Source: a virus (lineage: Duplodnaviria; Caudoviricetes). From it: DNA of 64,000 nucleotides. This document shows, one piece after another, positions 46,259 through 56,448 of the stretch (position 1 is its first letter; each line of letters starts with the position of its first letter). The stretch lies in IMG/VR virus record IMGVR_UViG_3300028591_000084; one strand, given 5' to 3'. Under the pieces are notes generated by a model. The model saw only the letters and a program-made list of their open reading frames with translations, did no database searches and was not told the DNA's origin. Made by a program: the position numbers and the translations under genes.

Positions 46259-46442
46259 AATTTCGGAGCAATAAGAGTTTCTTCCCTAATCGCCCCTTAT
46301 AAACGATCGTATCATATTTTGACATATCTCCCAGTTTAAAACCAAAAGATCCTATCTCAATATCATCAATCTTAACATCTTTCTTCTTACATTCTAGTTC
46401 TGAATCTTCTAGAATTAGTAAGTTTGAAGTTCTCCTAATCAT
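46257..46442 (-). CDS. small hypothetical protein
   Basis: 61-aa ORF following 46446..47075. Confidence 0.5.
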   Translation of the reverse strand: MIRRTSNLLILEDSELECKKKDVKIDDIEIGSFGFKLGDMSKYDTIVYKGRLGKKLLLLRN

Positions 46443-46445
46443 TTC

Positions 46446-47075
46446 TTACATCAAAATCTCAACTACTTTATTTCTATCGCCGTCCAGTTCTTTAGTTCTA
46501 CTTCCTGACATAATCTCTTTTGGTTTCTCAGTAGGACTAATAGTGAAACTGTCCAGGTTATACTTACCTACAATCCCACGATACATAGAGGTCTTGATAG
46601 TATCAGCGAAATTGAAGAGCTTATCATTCTTAGACTTATTTCTGATATTATTCCAGAGATTATTGATCACTTCCTCAATCTCTTTAAGGTCAGATCTCCT
46701 ATTTTCTGAATCTTTAACTTCATTAATTATCTGAACCATCTTTCTCATAATACAGATTATTGTGTCTGCCTCTGATAACCTCTTTTCTACTAATCTCTTA
46801 TATTCTCTTTGAAAAACTGGCTTAAGAAGGAATAAGACTTTTCCAAAACAAACCATTTCTTCATTACTGACATTTTTATTGATCTTGTTAAAGGCAATAG
46901 CAATCTTCTCCATATAAGTATTGATTACACCAAAATAACGACCCTCCTTCTTTAGGTGGTCTTTTAGATCTTGATATAAAAACTCAAGAATGTCAACTAA
47001 ACAGAGAGCATAATACTGGGTGTCAATAGTCTCATTCTGATTAACTCTCTGATCAATACTGAATCTCTTTTTCAT
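46446..47075 (-). CDS. hypothetical protein
   Basis: 209-aa ORF. Promoter core at 47098-47118. Confidence 0.7.
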   Translation of the reverse strand: MKKRFSIDQRVNQNETIDTQYYALCLVDILEFLYQDLKDHLKKEGRYFGVINTYMEKIAIAFNKINKNVSNEEMVCFGKVLFLLKPVFQREYKRLVEKRLSEADTIICIMRKMVQIINEVKDSENRRSDLKEIEEVINNLWNNIRNKSKNDKLFNFADTIKTSMYRGIVGKYNLDSFTISPTEKPKEIMSGSRTKELDGDRNKVVEILM

Positions 47076-47135
47076 TTTTTATTTTAGGTTTATAATACAT
47101 CAGTAAGGATTTTACCCCTATTTCACTTTTCTTTT

Positions 47136-47156
47136 CCCTCTTAACCCTTATTTTTG
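47136..47156 (+). promoter_or_regulatory. promoter motif CCCTCTTAACCCTTATTTTTG, ATG follows after 2 nt
   Basis: Consensus match containing an exact TAnnTTTG. Confidence 0.65.
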
Positions 47157-47158
47157 AT

Positions 47159-47767
47159 ATGAGTATATCTAAAAAAGATAAGAATACTATTGTATACAAG
47201 TGGTTTAAGTCCTCCGAGAACTATAAAATTTTGGGGGACTTAAATAAGAAAATTACGTCAACAATTGAGGATTTTTGTGAACGCTGTTTAACGATAGAAG
47301 AATTGAGCTTTCTTAATTGGGTTAGAGAGGATCCTAGTAGAAAGGATTATCTAAAGACTCAATTAACCCCTATAAACGCCCTTTCGTTATTCAACTATTA
47401 TGGTCTTCCAATAAAAAATATTGAAACTCTCAAAAATAATAGGTACTATGATTCAATGAAGAGTAGGGTTAGCTTTATGGATGATCAAGACTTTTATGAA
47501 ATTAGACAGGAACTGTACACTTTTAACGTTAAATCTGGTCTACCAGTATTAATAACAGAGGGTTCTATGGAGTTATTTAAGGGTTTTCAGAAATTAATTT
47601 TTAAAACTGAATATGAAGAGCTAAAGTCCTTAGTAACTAAATATTGGTCTCACTTAGGACAGGCCTACCTAAATCTTCGGTCTTTATCGGAGGTTTTATT
47701 GGATAAAGACTGTCGGATTGATCTTCTTGAACGACATTTTCCTGAATTGTTGAACTATGATAAATGA
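47159..47767 (+). CDS. hypothetical protein, paralog family B
   Basis: SENYK...LT..E...KDYLKTQ...LSL...GLP...FPEL shared with 48298..48891. Confidence 0.7.
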   Translation: MSISKKDKNTIVYKWFKSSENYKILGDLNKKITSTIEDFCERCLTIEELSFLNWVREDPSRKDYLKTQLTPINALSLFNYYGLPIKNIETLKNNRYYDSMKSRVSFMDDQDFYEIRQELYTFNVKSGLPVLITEGSMELFKGFQKLIFKTEYEELKSLVTKYWSHLGQAYLNLRSLSEVLLDKDCRIDLLERHFPELLNYDK

Positions 47768-48317
47768 TAATTATAAAGATTATAGACTATCTGTTAAAGA
47801 TAACTATTTTATTAGAAGCCACCTTAGTAAGGTCAGTAACTTAGAATCCGCCATTAAAAATTTTGATGACTTCTTAATTGAAAAAATAAAGGAGCGGATT
47901 GACCCAAGGTTGTTATTCTTAGCAAAAGGGGCTACCAGAATTCTTAATTGTCCTAATTTAATATCTATTACTATCTTAGTCGATTCTGAGAAGGCGACAT
48001 ATACAATTATTAATAATGATTTTCTTCCTGTTAGTTCAGATAAAATGATTATTAAGTTAGATAGTACTGAAGATATTGATAAATATAGAGAACTTCTTAA
48101 AAATATAGAGGGTTGTCATAAAGAGGACGAATTTAACTGGTTTGAATTCTTAGGTGATGCTGCTAGAGAATTATCAAGTGATGATATTCATACTCTCGTT
48201 AAATTCATGGGTTTAAGTGAAGAGGATGTTTTTGCAGCTGGAGAACCTAATGAAGGGTTGATAGTAGATAAATTAATTAACTTAAAGAAAATATTAAATG
48301 ATATCGGGGAAGCATAG
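47757..48317 (+). CDS. hypothetical protein
   Basis: 186 aa, weakly similar to 48888..49565 (LSVKD/LSIQD, IDP/YDP, LKKIL/LKKLK). Confidence 0.65.
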   Translation: MINDNYKDYRLSVKDNYFIRSHLSKVSNLESAIKNFDDFLIEKIKERIDPRLLFLAKGATRILNCPNLISITILVDSEKATYTIINNDFLPVSSDKMIIKLDSTEDIDKYRELLKNIEGCHKEDEFNWFEFLGDAARELSSDDIHTLVKFMGLSEEDVFAAGEPNEGLIVDKLINLKKILNDIGEA

Positions 48318-48891
48318 GTATAATATTTTGTATAATTACCTGGTTACATCAGAAGAATATAAGGAGTTAATAAAATTAAAACAAGAACTTAAGAATAAAA
48401 TTATTGAATATTCTGTTAAGTCTCTAACTGACGGTGAGCGCAAGTATTATGATCTTGTCAAGGATCGTAGGGATATTAAGAACTATCTTAAGTTACAGCC
48501 TGCGTCTCTTGATATACTTAGTTTGTGGAGATGGCTTTTACCTTTGTCGAAGCGACTTAATACTAAGACCCTATACGATATTGTACATTATCATGAAACT
48601 AAAGGGGGAGCACTAATCTATCTGTTTGATACTTCTAGGATGAGTAGAATTCGTAAAGAGTTGACAAGGATAGACAATATACCCCCTGGTCTCCCACTTT
48701 TTGTTAGTCTTAATTCCGTACCTACAGAAACAAAAGAGATGGAGGAGTTTACAGCCTTAGTAGATAATTACTATAAGAAACTCCTAGGGGTTCATACTAC
48801 TTTAGTGAAGATTTCTCAAACACTACTATTGCCCGGATTAGGACTGAGGATGTTAAGATTAGAATTTAAAGAACTTTACGACTTAAGATGA
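48298..48891 (+). CDS. hypothetical protein, paralog family B
   Basis: SEEYK...LT..E...KNYLKLQ...LSL...GLP...FKEL. Confidence 0.7.
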   Translation: MISGKHRYNILYNYLVTSEEYKELIKLKQELKNKIIEYSVKSLTDGERKYYDLVKDRRDIKNYLKLQPASLDILSLWRWLLPLSKRLNTKTLYDIVHYHETKGGALIYLFDTSRMSRIRKELTRIDNIPPGLPLFVSLNSVPTETKEMEEFTALVDNYYKKLLGVHTTLVKISQTLLLPGLGLRMLRLEFKELYDLR

Positions 48892-49565
48892 AAAAACTAG
48901 TTAGTAAATTTGCTAATACGAAGTTATCTATACAGGATAGACTTTATGCTTATCGACTTTATATTAATAAAAATGAAGACAAAAAAGAGCTTGATACTCT
49001 GTTTGATGCCTTAACTAATCTAACTCGGGAATATCTTGCAAGTAGATATGATCCAGTAATTTACAAAGCTAGTCAAGAGGCTAGAAGGATAGTACCCAAA
49101 GATACTATTCACACTAAAATAGTATTTCAACTAGTACCTGGACAAAACTCTGTAATTCCTATAGCTTTATCGAATAGTAAAGATGTTGCAGTATTGCCCT
49201 TTTCCAGAGAAAACTACAATCTAAATATTGATCCTCTTGGCATTCTTTCTATATGTCCTGATACTTTTGAGGATAAAATTTTAAGAGATAAATTTATTTC
49301 TCTGGCTCAGACTTACGTGAAAGTAAAAGAAAAAATATATCAATATAATATTAAGTATGGACAGTCTTATAGAGATTTCTTAGGACTTAAAGCTACATAT
49401 AAGACATTATTTGAATTTAATGAGGAGATATTTGAAGAAGTAATTAAAAAATCTGGAAAATCGCTTGAGAAGGTTTATTTGGGTGAAAATAATCCTGAAT
49501 TAGATCAGTTGGAAGTTCAGGAGGCTTTAGATAGTCTAAAAAAATTAAAAGATTATTTGAAATAA
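48888..49565 (+). CDS. hypothetical protein
   Basis: 225-aa ORF followed by a hairpin/T run. Confidence 0.7.
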   Translation: MKKLVSKFANTKLSIQDRLYAYRLYINKNEDKKELDTLFDALTNLTREYLASRYDPVIYKASQEARRIVPKDTIHTKIVFQLVPGQNSVIPIALSNSKDVAVLPFSRENYNLNIDPLGILSICPDTFEDKILRDKFISLAQTYVKVKEKIYQYNIKYGQSYRDFLGLKATYKTLFEFNEEIFEEVIKKSGKSLEKVYLGENNPELDQLEVQEALDSLKKLKDYLK

Positions 49566-49609
49566 AACTAAAGAGAAGAGAATGGTTTAAGTTCTCTCCT
49601 CTTTTTTTT

Positions 49610-50254
49610 TTACTCATTCTCGGTCCTTATTCTATGACCGCAAGTACAATCTGGTTCATTTGATAAACTAGCTCTCCAGGAAGCAGTAGTTGAATAAGCA
49701 TTATAGCCATAATCAAATTTACTATATTCCTCATCTTCAGCGTAAACATGGCCACTATTATAGGCCTCCCAATCTTTATAGGTTTCGCCTGGAGGACATA
49801 AACATCCACAGCCCTGTTTAACTGGCTGGTATAAGAGACTAGCATATTGTAACTTAAGTCTAGTTACAAGACAAGACATTACATTAGTCCAGCAGAAGAT
49901 AAAGCGGTCTTGTTCATAGGCAACGATAGTATAGTCATCAGATTCTTCCTCTTCACCCTCGTCAGCCTCGATAACCCCAATTTCTTCAGCCAGAGTTTGA
50001 CCCATTAAGGTTACAATCTTATCTGAACCTTCATCAAAGATGTCAAAAATCTTGTTAAGTTTCTCTAGGATCTCAGCATCATCTCCCAGCTTAATGAGTT
50101 CTGTGTTGAGATATTTGAGGATCTTAGTCAGGTATGGACCAAGTTCTTCTCTGATGAGATAGTCTACTTTTCCAATACCTAGTTGTCTCATTACTCCGTC
50201 TTGGGCAGCTTTAAATTCATAATACCCACTAGTTTCATTCCACTTCATTACCAC
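49610..50254 (-). CDS. hypothetical protein with Cys-rich C-terminus
   Basis: 214-aa ORF with CGCLC and CTCG. Confidence 0.7.
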   Translation of the reverse strand: MVMKWNETSGYYEFKAAQDGVMRQLGIGKVDYLIREELGPYLTKILKYLNTELIKLGDDAEILEKLNKIFDIFDEGSDKIVTLMGQTLAEEIGVIEADEGEEEESDDYTIVAYEQDRFIFCWTNVMSCLVTRLKLQYASLLYQPVKQGCGCLCPPGETYKDWEAYNSGHVYAEDEEYSKFDYGYNAYSTTASWRASLSNEPDCTCGHRIRTENE

Positions 50255-50598
50255 TCTCCTCCGTCAATACGATCATTAAGTGTGACTACCCAATTATTAT
50301 CAGAGTTCCAATCGAGATCGCCAGTACTATTACCACTAAATACCCACTGCGTCCATATTCCACCTTCCTGTCTAAAGATTAACTTAAATCCACTAGCTCT
50401 TCTGGTTACTGGAACTAAGGCTCTAGCGGTGGAAAGTGTATAGGCATTGTTAGGAGTATTCAATTCCAAGTTTACATTCATTCCTGACTTTTGCAGAATA
50501 TTTATTGCATCAACCAGTTCATTTACCTTATCTACGATACTATTGAGATCGCTGCTTGATAAACCTCCTGGCGCAAATCTTACTGTAAGCTTTTCCAT
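50248..50598 (-). CDS. hypothetical protein, possibly virion/tail-fibre associated
   Basis: DLNSIVDKVNEL, YTLSTARALVP...RRASG and IDGGEW resemble motifs in phage fibre-related proteins (weak). Confidence 0.55.
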   Translation of the reverse strand: MEKLTVRFAPGGLSSSDLNSIVDKVNELVDAINILQKSGMNVNLELNTPNNAYTLSTARALVPVTRRASGFKLIFRQEGGIWTQWVFSGNSTGDLDWNSDNNWVVTLNDRIDGGEW

Positions 50599-50741
50599 TA
50601 CGTCAAAATTATAGAATCGATATCACCTAAATCTCCCTTATTAGGTCTCTTAGGTTTCTTAGTAAGCATAACAATTCCCCTTGGCTTAGGTTTAGGCTGG
50701 ACCAGGGACATTTGTGCTGGATTTTTTATTTTTCTGCTCAT
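50598..50741 (-). CDS. small basic hypothetical protein (47 aa)
   Basis: Below the ORF-track cutoff. MSRKIKNPAQMSLVQPKPKPRGIVMLTKKPKRPNKGDLGDIDSIILT exactly fills the gap and overlaps both neighbours. Confidence 0.55.
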   Translation of the reverse strand: MSRKIKNPAQMSLVQPKPKPRGIVMLTKKPKRPNKGDLGDIDSIILT

Positions 50742-51082
50742 ACTACTATCTCAATATCTTTAAGGGTGAAATATCTATCAGTAATCTCCTCAAAAGATAT
50801 CAAAGTTATAGTTTTTCCATCTACTGATATTCTAAAAGAGATTGCTGATATTGTGAATCCTTTTTGAACTGAATTTTCTTGAGTCTTCTTACCATCTTTA
50901 AAAGAAATAACTCCTGTAACAGTCTTTTTCTCCAGTCCTTTGATATTGTGCATTGTTCCTGATCTGATATATGCTTTCTTACCTATCAAATCTTCTATGG
51001 AATAGAGTCTTACTTGTTCTGGGATATCGATTCTCCTTTCATTATTATTACAAATTCCCTTACTCATTCTCTCCTTTAGCAA
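50738..51082 (-). CDS. hypothetical protein
   Basis: 114-aa ORF in the operon. Confidence 0.6.
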   Translation of the reverse strand: MLKERMSKGICNNNERRIDIPEQVRLYSIEDLIGKKAYIRSGTMHNIKGLEKKTVTGVISFKDGKKTQENSVQKGFTISAISFRISVDGKTITLISFEEITDRYFTLKDIEIVV

Positions 51083-51539
51083 GTTTATCAGTTATCCCAT
51101 TCCAATAAGCATCAATACTAATAGCACTATTCTGATGTCCTTTAACCCACTCAAACTTAATCTTTCCAGTCAAGTTTTTTATTTTTATTAGGTTATCGAT
51201 AGATTGCTTAATAATTTTGATGTATGGCTCTTTAATTTTCCAGGACCCCTCATTCCAGCACTTAACTCCTTGATAATCAGCAAAGATAATTACTTGCTTG
51301 ACTTCTTTAGGAATATTAAACTTTTTTAAAGCGAAGTAGGCACCCAACATTTCAGCTGTTGGATTTGATACTTTAGTAGTTCCAAGGAAGTTCTGGAGAT
51401 ATCTGGGAGTTAATTCCTCGCTAAACTTATCGATCAGTTTACCAGTATCTCCATTGATCATAACTCCTCCACAGCCTAATCTTCCATTATTCTGTTTATC
51501 TAAGTGGGATCCGTCTGTGTATATTTTTACTAGGTTCAT
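51060..51539 (-). CDS. ribonuclease HI
   Basis: IYTDGS, SNPTAEM, FADY, WVKGH and N..TDKLAK. Confidence 0.88.
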   Translation of the reverse strand: MNLVKIYTDGSHLDKQNNGRLGCGGVMINGDTGKLIDKFSEELTPRYLQNFLGTTKVSNPTAEMLGAYFALKKFNIPKEVKQVIIFADYQGVKCWNEGSWKIKEPYIKIIKQSIDNLIKIKNLTGKIKFEWVKGHQNSAISIDAYWNGITDKLAKGENE

Positions 51540-51997
51540 TATATATTGAAGTTTTTAATTGGAGAATTATATGACAGTTCAGGAAGTACTATTGAGTATT
51601 CCCGGTTCACATAATCTCTAAATCTCTTTGTCCCAATAATACTAATATCACTTAAGACGTCAAGGAACTTATCGCCATCAATATTTTTATGGCCAATTAT
51701 TAAGGATTGAAGCTTGACGAATAATTGAATGAAATATGCAAGTATATTATGGGGTGAGCAATCAATGGATAGAATTTGATCTCCACTATGAAGAGATAGG
51801 TTATAAAACAAGTCTATCCAAGGCCAGGGAATAAACAAAGATCCTCCATCAGAAAGATAATAGACATGATCACCATCAGTAAGTTGTCTAAGGATCCTAT
51901 TTCCCCCAAGAGAATAATCAGAAAAGTAATTATCAGGTCTGGTTCTTCTAATATATTCCAGACTCATAAAATCATTGAATAGTTCTATGATTCCCAT
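51539..51997 (-). CDS. hypothetical protein
   Basis: 152-aa ORF. Confidence 0.6.
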   Translation of the reverse strand: MGIIELFNDFMSLEYIRRTRPDNYFSDYSLGGNRILRQLTDGDHVYYLSDGGSLFIPWPWIDLFYNLSLHSGDQILSIDCSPHNILAYFIQLFVKLQSLIIGHKNIDGDKFLDVLSDISIIGTKRFRDYVNREYSIVLPELSYNSPIKNFNI

Positions 51998-52260
51998 AAT
52001 GCTAGATTTTCCAATGCCAATCCAGTTAGTAAAATTGTATTAGTGGATCGGTAAATTATATATCCAGACTTATCACAGGCGGTTCTATACCCCAAGAGGT
52101 CAAGTATTTCATCGACATCCGAACTTAAGAAGGTAGTGATAGCCAAAAGACCACTAGAACTACGGCCAATGACTTTTGTGTATATAATAGAGTAGGGGTA
52201 GATTTCATACCTATCCAAAAAATCTCTAACACAGGTCTCTACCTCTTTAGCTAGATTCAC
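51985..52260 (-). CDS. hypothetical protein
   Basis: 91-aa ORF. Confidence 0.6.
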   Translation of the reverse strand: MNLAKEVETCVRDFLDRYEIYPYSIIYTKVIGRSSSGLLAITTFLSSDVDEILDLLGYRTACDKSGYIIYRSTNTILLTGLALENLALWES

Positions 52261-52691
52261 AGAATAAATTCCTTTATCGGGTTAACAAGTAACTCTGAAT
52301 TATTCAAGATTTTAGTCAGAGTTGATCTATGGCAGGATTCATAGGAGCTACCATATCCAAGCAAAATTAAACCTTTAGCGTGAGAACAAGAACTTAGGAT
52401 TTCCCACTCTCTTAATACTTGTTCCAGGTCAACTTCACTTATTTCTTTGGCGTAACCCTTATGAAATTCCTCTAGTGTTATTTTTTTATCTCGTTTCTTT
52501 CTAAACAGTTCTGTACTCGGAGACAGGATCTTATAATGAACACTTGTATCGGAGTAACAGCCGATTAAGTCTGATGTTTTAATGTTTCTAATTATAAATA
52601 TTGGAAGTAAGTCCATCGAAATAAAGATGGGCAATGTGAGAGGTGACACAAATGATGTGCTTATTTTGAGATCAGATTTCATTTCCTTCAA
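52257..52691 (-). CDS. DUF488-like protein
   Basis: LSPSTEL...EF..GY..E...LILL...SCHRS. Confidence 0.6.
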   Translation of the reverse strand: MKEMKSDLKISTSFVSPLTLPIFISMDLLPIFIIRNIKTSDLIGCYSDTSVHYKILSPSTELFRKKRDKKITLEEFHKGYAKEISEVDLEQVLREWEILSSCSHAKGLILLGYGSSYESCHRSTLTKILNNSELLVNPIKEFIL

Positions 52692-53116
52692 AATTTGTTT
52701 CCCCCAAACTTTTTAAATGCTGCCTTGAATCCTGCTGCATTTGTAAAGCCTGAGGATCTATTTTTCTTTTTCTTGCCTCTACTACTCTCAAAAGATGGCT
52801 GAGAATCTTGTCTCTTTGGTTGTTGTCCGCCGAATCTTTGATTGCTAATCATGAATCCAGAGGGAGCAGACGATAATCTTTTTAAGAGTGCCCTATTACC
52901 CTCAACTATACTGCTCATAGTTTTAGAATCAATATGGTAAGAGATATCTGGACATTGAAGAATATCAACCTTACTTAGTCCTTTATCAAGTAAAAGCTTA
53001 TTCAGCATAACAAGCGCTTCTGTCAAGTTAGTAGAAGCCATTAGTGTGTCAGAATTAGGTTCGTAAATAAGATAACTCTGTTTATTATCGTCGTACTTGA
53101 TGACCACTTCTATCAT
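52688..53116 (-). CDS. hypothetical protein (start revised to MIEVVIKY)
   Basis: The upstream part of the tracked ORF overlaps the lipoprotein gene. An in-frame ATG exists at 53116. Confidence 0.6.
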   Translation of the reverse strand: MIEVVIKYDDNKQSYLIYEPNSDTLMASTNLTEALVMLNKLLLDKGLSKVDILQCPDISYHIDSKTMSSIVEGNRALLKRLSSAPSGFMISNQRFGGQQPKRQDSQPSFESSRGKKKKNRSSGFTNAAGFKAAFKKFGGNKF

Positions 53117-53354
53117 AATAGTAATAATGTTGATGCTTAGGCTGGTGATGCTTATCAATTGCCTTTTTCTTTGGAATACGATATTTATAAACAGGTTTTC
53201 TTGGTGGTGGAGGAGCTGGTCTATACCTATAATAACCGGGATGTGTCTGCCACTGATGATGATTATAAGGAGTTGGATCATCCCCTACATAAACTTCCCC
53301 TGAGCACCCAATCAACAAGAGGGCGCCAAGTAATGATAAGATGAACTTTTTCAT
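53085..53354 (-). CDS. small Pro/His/Tyr-rich lipoprotein
   Basis: MKK + hydrophobic core + lipobox-like LLIGC. Confidence 0.6.
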   Translation of the reverse strand: MKKFILSLLGALLLIGCSGEVYVGDDPTPYNHHQWQTHPGYYRYRPAPPPPRKPVYKYRIPKKKAIDKHHQPKHQHYYYYDRSGHQVRR

Positions 53355-53734
53355 AGCAAAATACCAATAATAAGTCCAATTATAGCACCAATACCGGATC
53401 CTTTAAGAAAACTAAGAGTCTTCTTTTTCTTTAGGTCCTTCTTTAGTGCTGCTGTTTGATCAATATAGAAAGCCTCCTTTTTCTGTTCTCTAAGTTCTGT
53501 ATATTGAATAATTGAGTCCTTTTCCGCCAATAGGGCTGAATCTGCACTCAAGAGTTCATTCTGAGTCTCTACGGTCTTTCTTAAATATTCCTCACTTACG
53601 ATAATTTTATTGATTTTAACAAGTTCTTCAGGCGTAATAACCACCATCGTATCTTTGCCGTTAATCAATAGATTCTGAGCATTGGTTGGAATAAAAAGAA
53701 AGAACAATAGGAATGTCATTATAATTCTACTCAT
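53351..53734 (-). CDS. exported coiled-coil protein with C-terminal TM helix (spanin-like?)
   Basis: Signal peptide ending TNA-Q, a coiled coil, and C-terminal GIGAIIGLIIGILL. Confidence 0.55.
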   Translation of the reverse strand: MSRIIMTFLLFFLFIPTNAQNLLINGKDTMVVITPEELVKINKIIVSEEYLRKTVETQNELLSADSALLAEKDSIIQYTELREQKKEAFYIDQTAALKKDLKKKKTLSFLKGSGIGAIIGLIIGILL

Positions 53735-54035
53735 ATTGTTCTAATTTTTCTTTTAAGAATTTGATACCACTATCAACAGAAAGGTTCTCTACCTCCTTTT
53801 GCTTCTCCTTAACTTCTTCAAGGATCTTTATCACACTATCCTTTAAGTTTTTTCTCTTCTCTTCTAATCTAGCCTCAATGACCCTCAAGGAATCAAGAGT
53901 TGCCTGTTCCTTCGCATAGTTGTCTGGGGGACAAACAGTTGGGTCAGGATTAAAAAACTGGAAGGTGCAAAAACCAATGCACCACCCAGCTATCAAACCT
54001 ATAAAGGCCAGTAGAATCTCTTTTTTATTTTTCAT
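53727..54035 (-). CDS. N-anchored coiled-coil protein (Rz/i-spanin-like?)
   Basis: N-terminal TM helix followed by a coiled coil. Confidence 0.55.
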   Translation of the reverse strand: MKNKKEILLAFIGLIAGWCIGFCTFQFFNPDPTVCPPDNYAKEQATLDSLRVIEARLEEKRKNLKDSVIKILEEVKEKQKEVENLSVDSGIKFLKEKLEQYE

Positions 54036-54600
54036 CTACAAAAATGCCTAATCTATATTCAACACCCTCACGCTTAGTATAGTTGACGTTCAGGTGGAAG
54101 ATCTTATAATCAGCATCACCATCTTTCATGATAATATGATCGTTCCAACCACCAGTCTCATCTAAATTGTCAATAAGGGTCTTCAATTTCTTGATCTTAT
54201 GAGCTACCTCTGTCATATTCTCAAGCGAGGAATGAGGATTCATCATTTGCTTCTCAAGTTCCTTATATGCTTCAACAGCAGCGTCACGATCAAGTGTGTT
54301 ATCGGGGAGATCTTCAATTCGGTATTGAGACACGCCTGACTCTTTGTAAATCGTATTCATAAACTGATCCCCGACCTTCTTACTAGTAATTTCGACAATC
54401 TTAGCCTCACACTTTCCATCAGAAGCTATGAAGTCTTTAATATTTTCTAGAGTCTTAAATTTTGTTGTAAGCCCTAAGCTAACAAAAACACCTATGGGCT
54501 TGACAAACTCATTTCCATCCACACTATTGACGTAAAATGTCTTGAATGTATGTGGATAGAATAGTTTAACGAGTTCATAAACTTTTTCTCTACTTATCAT
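54025..54600 (-). CDS. hypothetical protein
   Basis: 191-aa ORF. Confidence 0.7.
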   Translation of the reverse strand: MISREKVYELVKLFYPHTFKTFYVNSVDGNEFVKPIGVFVSLGLTTKFKTLENIKDFIASDGKCEAKIVEITSKKVGDQFMNTIYKESGVSQYRIEDLPDNTLDRDAAVEAYKELEKQMMNPHSSLENMTEVAHKIKKLKTLIDNLDETGGWNDHIIMKDGDADYKIFHLNVNYTKREGVEYRLGIFVDEK

Positions 54601-54605
54601 AATAA

Positions 54606-56405
54606 TTAATAGCCTCGTCCTCCAACATAGGACTTATTAAAATTCTTCACTTTGAAATTCCTCGGCCAATCAATTTTATAATTCTGACGGCCATAGTTAA
54701 AGCCCCAGCCTTCATATCCAGGCATCTCCTTTAGTGCAGTTACCCATTCCTCAAGGTAATCCTCAAAATCACTACAAATAATGAAAGTAGTAGAGGAATC
54801 ATAATTTTCCTTGATAAAACGGATAGACCCAGAGAGTCTAGTACCACCGCCCATGTGAATCTTTGGTATAGATTTCCTAGGATCAATATTCTTAATCCAT
54901 TCGCCCATTGAAGTAGACCAAGTAATTATATCATACTTTAATCCTCTATTGATGGATGCCATTTTTCTAGCAATAGTACTAATGATTCTATCTATTAGAT
55001 CTGTATCCATGGATCCAGAAATATCAATGATAAAAACTAACTTAGGTTTTCTATCAATTCTATTTCTAACAATCATACTGGGGGCTATAACGGATCTATT
55101 CTTGCCAAGGTTGTAGTTTCTTATTACATTTCGGGTTACAATGTGCCTCAGAACTTTCGTCTTAGTCCGATTCATTACTTCATCAATTGCTTCGTCTACC
55201 GGATCTAACTTCCTTACTATTCTTATAGCATCAGGGTCACCGTCGGAACCACAACCATAACCACCACCAGCAGCAATAGAGCCAACCTCTCTAGCGTGAT
55301 CAGCCTTGTCCCTGCTCGGGCTCCTATGGTCAAGATTCCAATTAGCCTTGTTCCCTCTTTTACCCTTGTTTCTTAGGTCTCTCTTTTGATTTGTACCTAA
55401 AAATCCTCCAGAATTACTTGTATCGTGTTCAGAACCACTAGGCGCTCCTTTTCTATCACCTTGACCTGGTTGATTACTATCCTGATTTTTTGGATCAGTA
55501 GTACCTTGTTGCTCATCTTCGCTGTCATCATTAAACATTCCGGCAGCTTTCATCAGGTCTTCAAGCGTCGAATAGGAAGAACCATTACCTAGCGCTTTCT
55601 GGAGAGTTTCATTATCAATTTCTGAAGTATCTCCTGAACCACCCATACTAATAGAAACCATCATCTTAATGAATTGACTCAAGTTTCTAATGATTTTCAA
55701 AAAGTATTCAGGATAAGACAAACCATCGGGCCAAGGATTACCATCTTTATCATGGTATTTTCCAGGGAGAATAAACTTAATCTTGGACTCTTTTTCGAGT
55801 TTATCCAAGGCTTCTTTAGCTTCTTTTTTCTTCTCCTCGTCCTTTTCATTGTCAATATAGGCCTTCAAGTCTTCTTCAAGATATTTAGGCATCAAATCGC
55901 TAATATCCTTTTCCATCTCCTCAATATCTTCAGGACTAAGGATCTTGGTATTAACCTCCATATCCATAGCGATATTGTGAAGCTCATGGTTTAATTTGGG
56001 GTCGTCGAGAATTCTATTAATGAGCTCTTCTGCCCACGTAATATTACACTCCTTATTAATTTCATCAATTAACTGACCCCTATAATTTTTCAAAACATCA
56101 TAAGCCCTTCTATCGAGTTCCTGATATTGATTTGAGGATAAGTGACCAAAATAGCAATGACCCCATTCATGTGCCTTGATTCGGTATTGAGTATATTCCT
56201 TATCCGGACCAAGATCAGCAGCAAAAATCGTTACTATCTCAGTTTTATCAGTAGGATCTACGTATGCCCAAGAATAACCAAGAGGCATTTGAGATGAAGG
56301 ATCATAAGGTGTATCATACTGCTCCCTTAATCTCTTATTACCTCTATTATAGGTTCTTCTAATCGTTCTTTCAATAATCTCAATGTCAGATCTTCTTTTC
56401 TTCAT
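54606..56405 (-). CDS. HExxH metallopeptidase-like + vWA domain protein
   Basis: AHEWGH, NIAMDMEVN, MIDAS IDISGSM, GGGT and SD. Confidence 0.85.
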   Translation of the reverse strand: MKKRRSDIEIIERTIRRTYNRGNKRLREQYDTPYDPSSQMPLGYSWAYVDPTDKTEIVTIFAADLGPDKEYTQYRIKAHEWGHCYFGHLSSNQYQELDRRAYDVLKNYRGQLIDEINKECNITWAEELINRILDDPKLNHELHNIAMDMEVNTKILSPEDIEEMEKDISDLMPKYLEEDLKAYIDNEKDEEKKKEAKEALDKLEKESKIKFILPGKYHDKDGNPWPDGLSYPEYFLKIIRNLSQFIKMMVSISMGGSGDTSEIDNETLQKALGNGSSYSTLEDLMKAAGMFNDDSEDEQQGTTDPKNQDSNQPGQGDRKGAPSGSEHDTSNSGGFLGTNQKRDLRNKGKRGNKANWNLDHRSPSRDKADHAREVGSIAAGGGYGCGSDGDPDAIRIVRKLDPVDEAIDEVMNRTKTKVLRHIVTRNVIRNYNLGKNRSVIAPSMIVRNRIDRKPKLVFIIDISGSMDTDLIDRIISTIARKMASINRGLKYDIITWSTSMGEWIKNIDPRKSIPKIHMGGGTRLSGSIRFIKENYDSSTTFIICSDFEDYLEEWVTALKEMPGYEGWGFNYGRQNYKIDWPRNFKVKNFNKSYVGGRGY

Positions 56406-56448
56406 AATAAAAGAAGCCTCAAGGAGTTAATCCCTAAGGCTAATTTAA

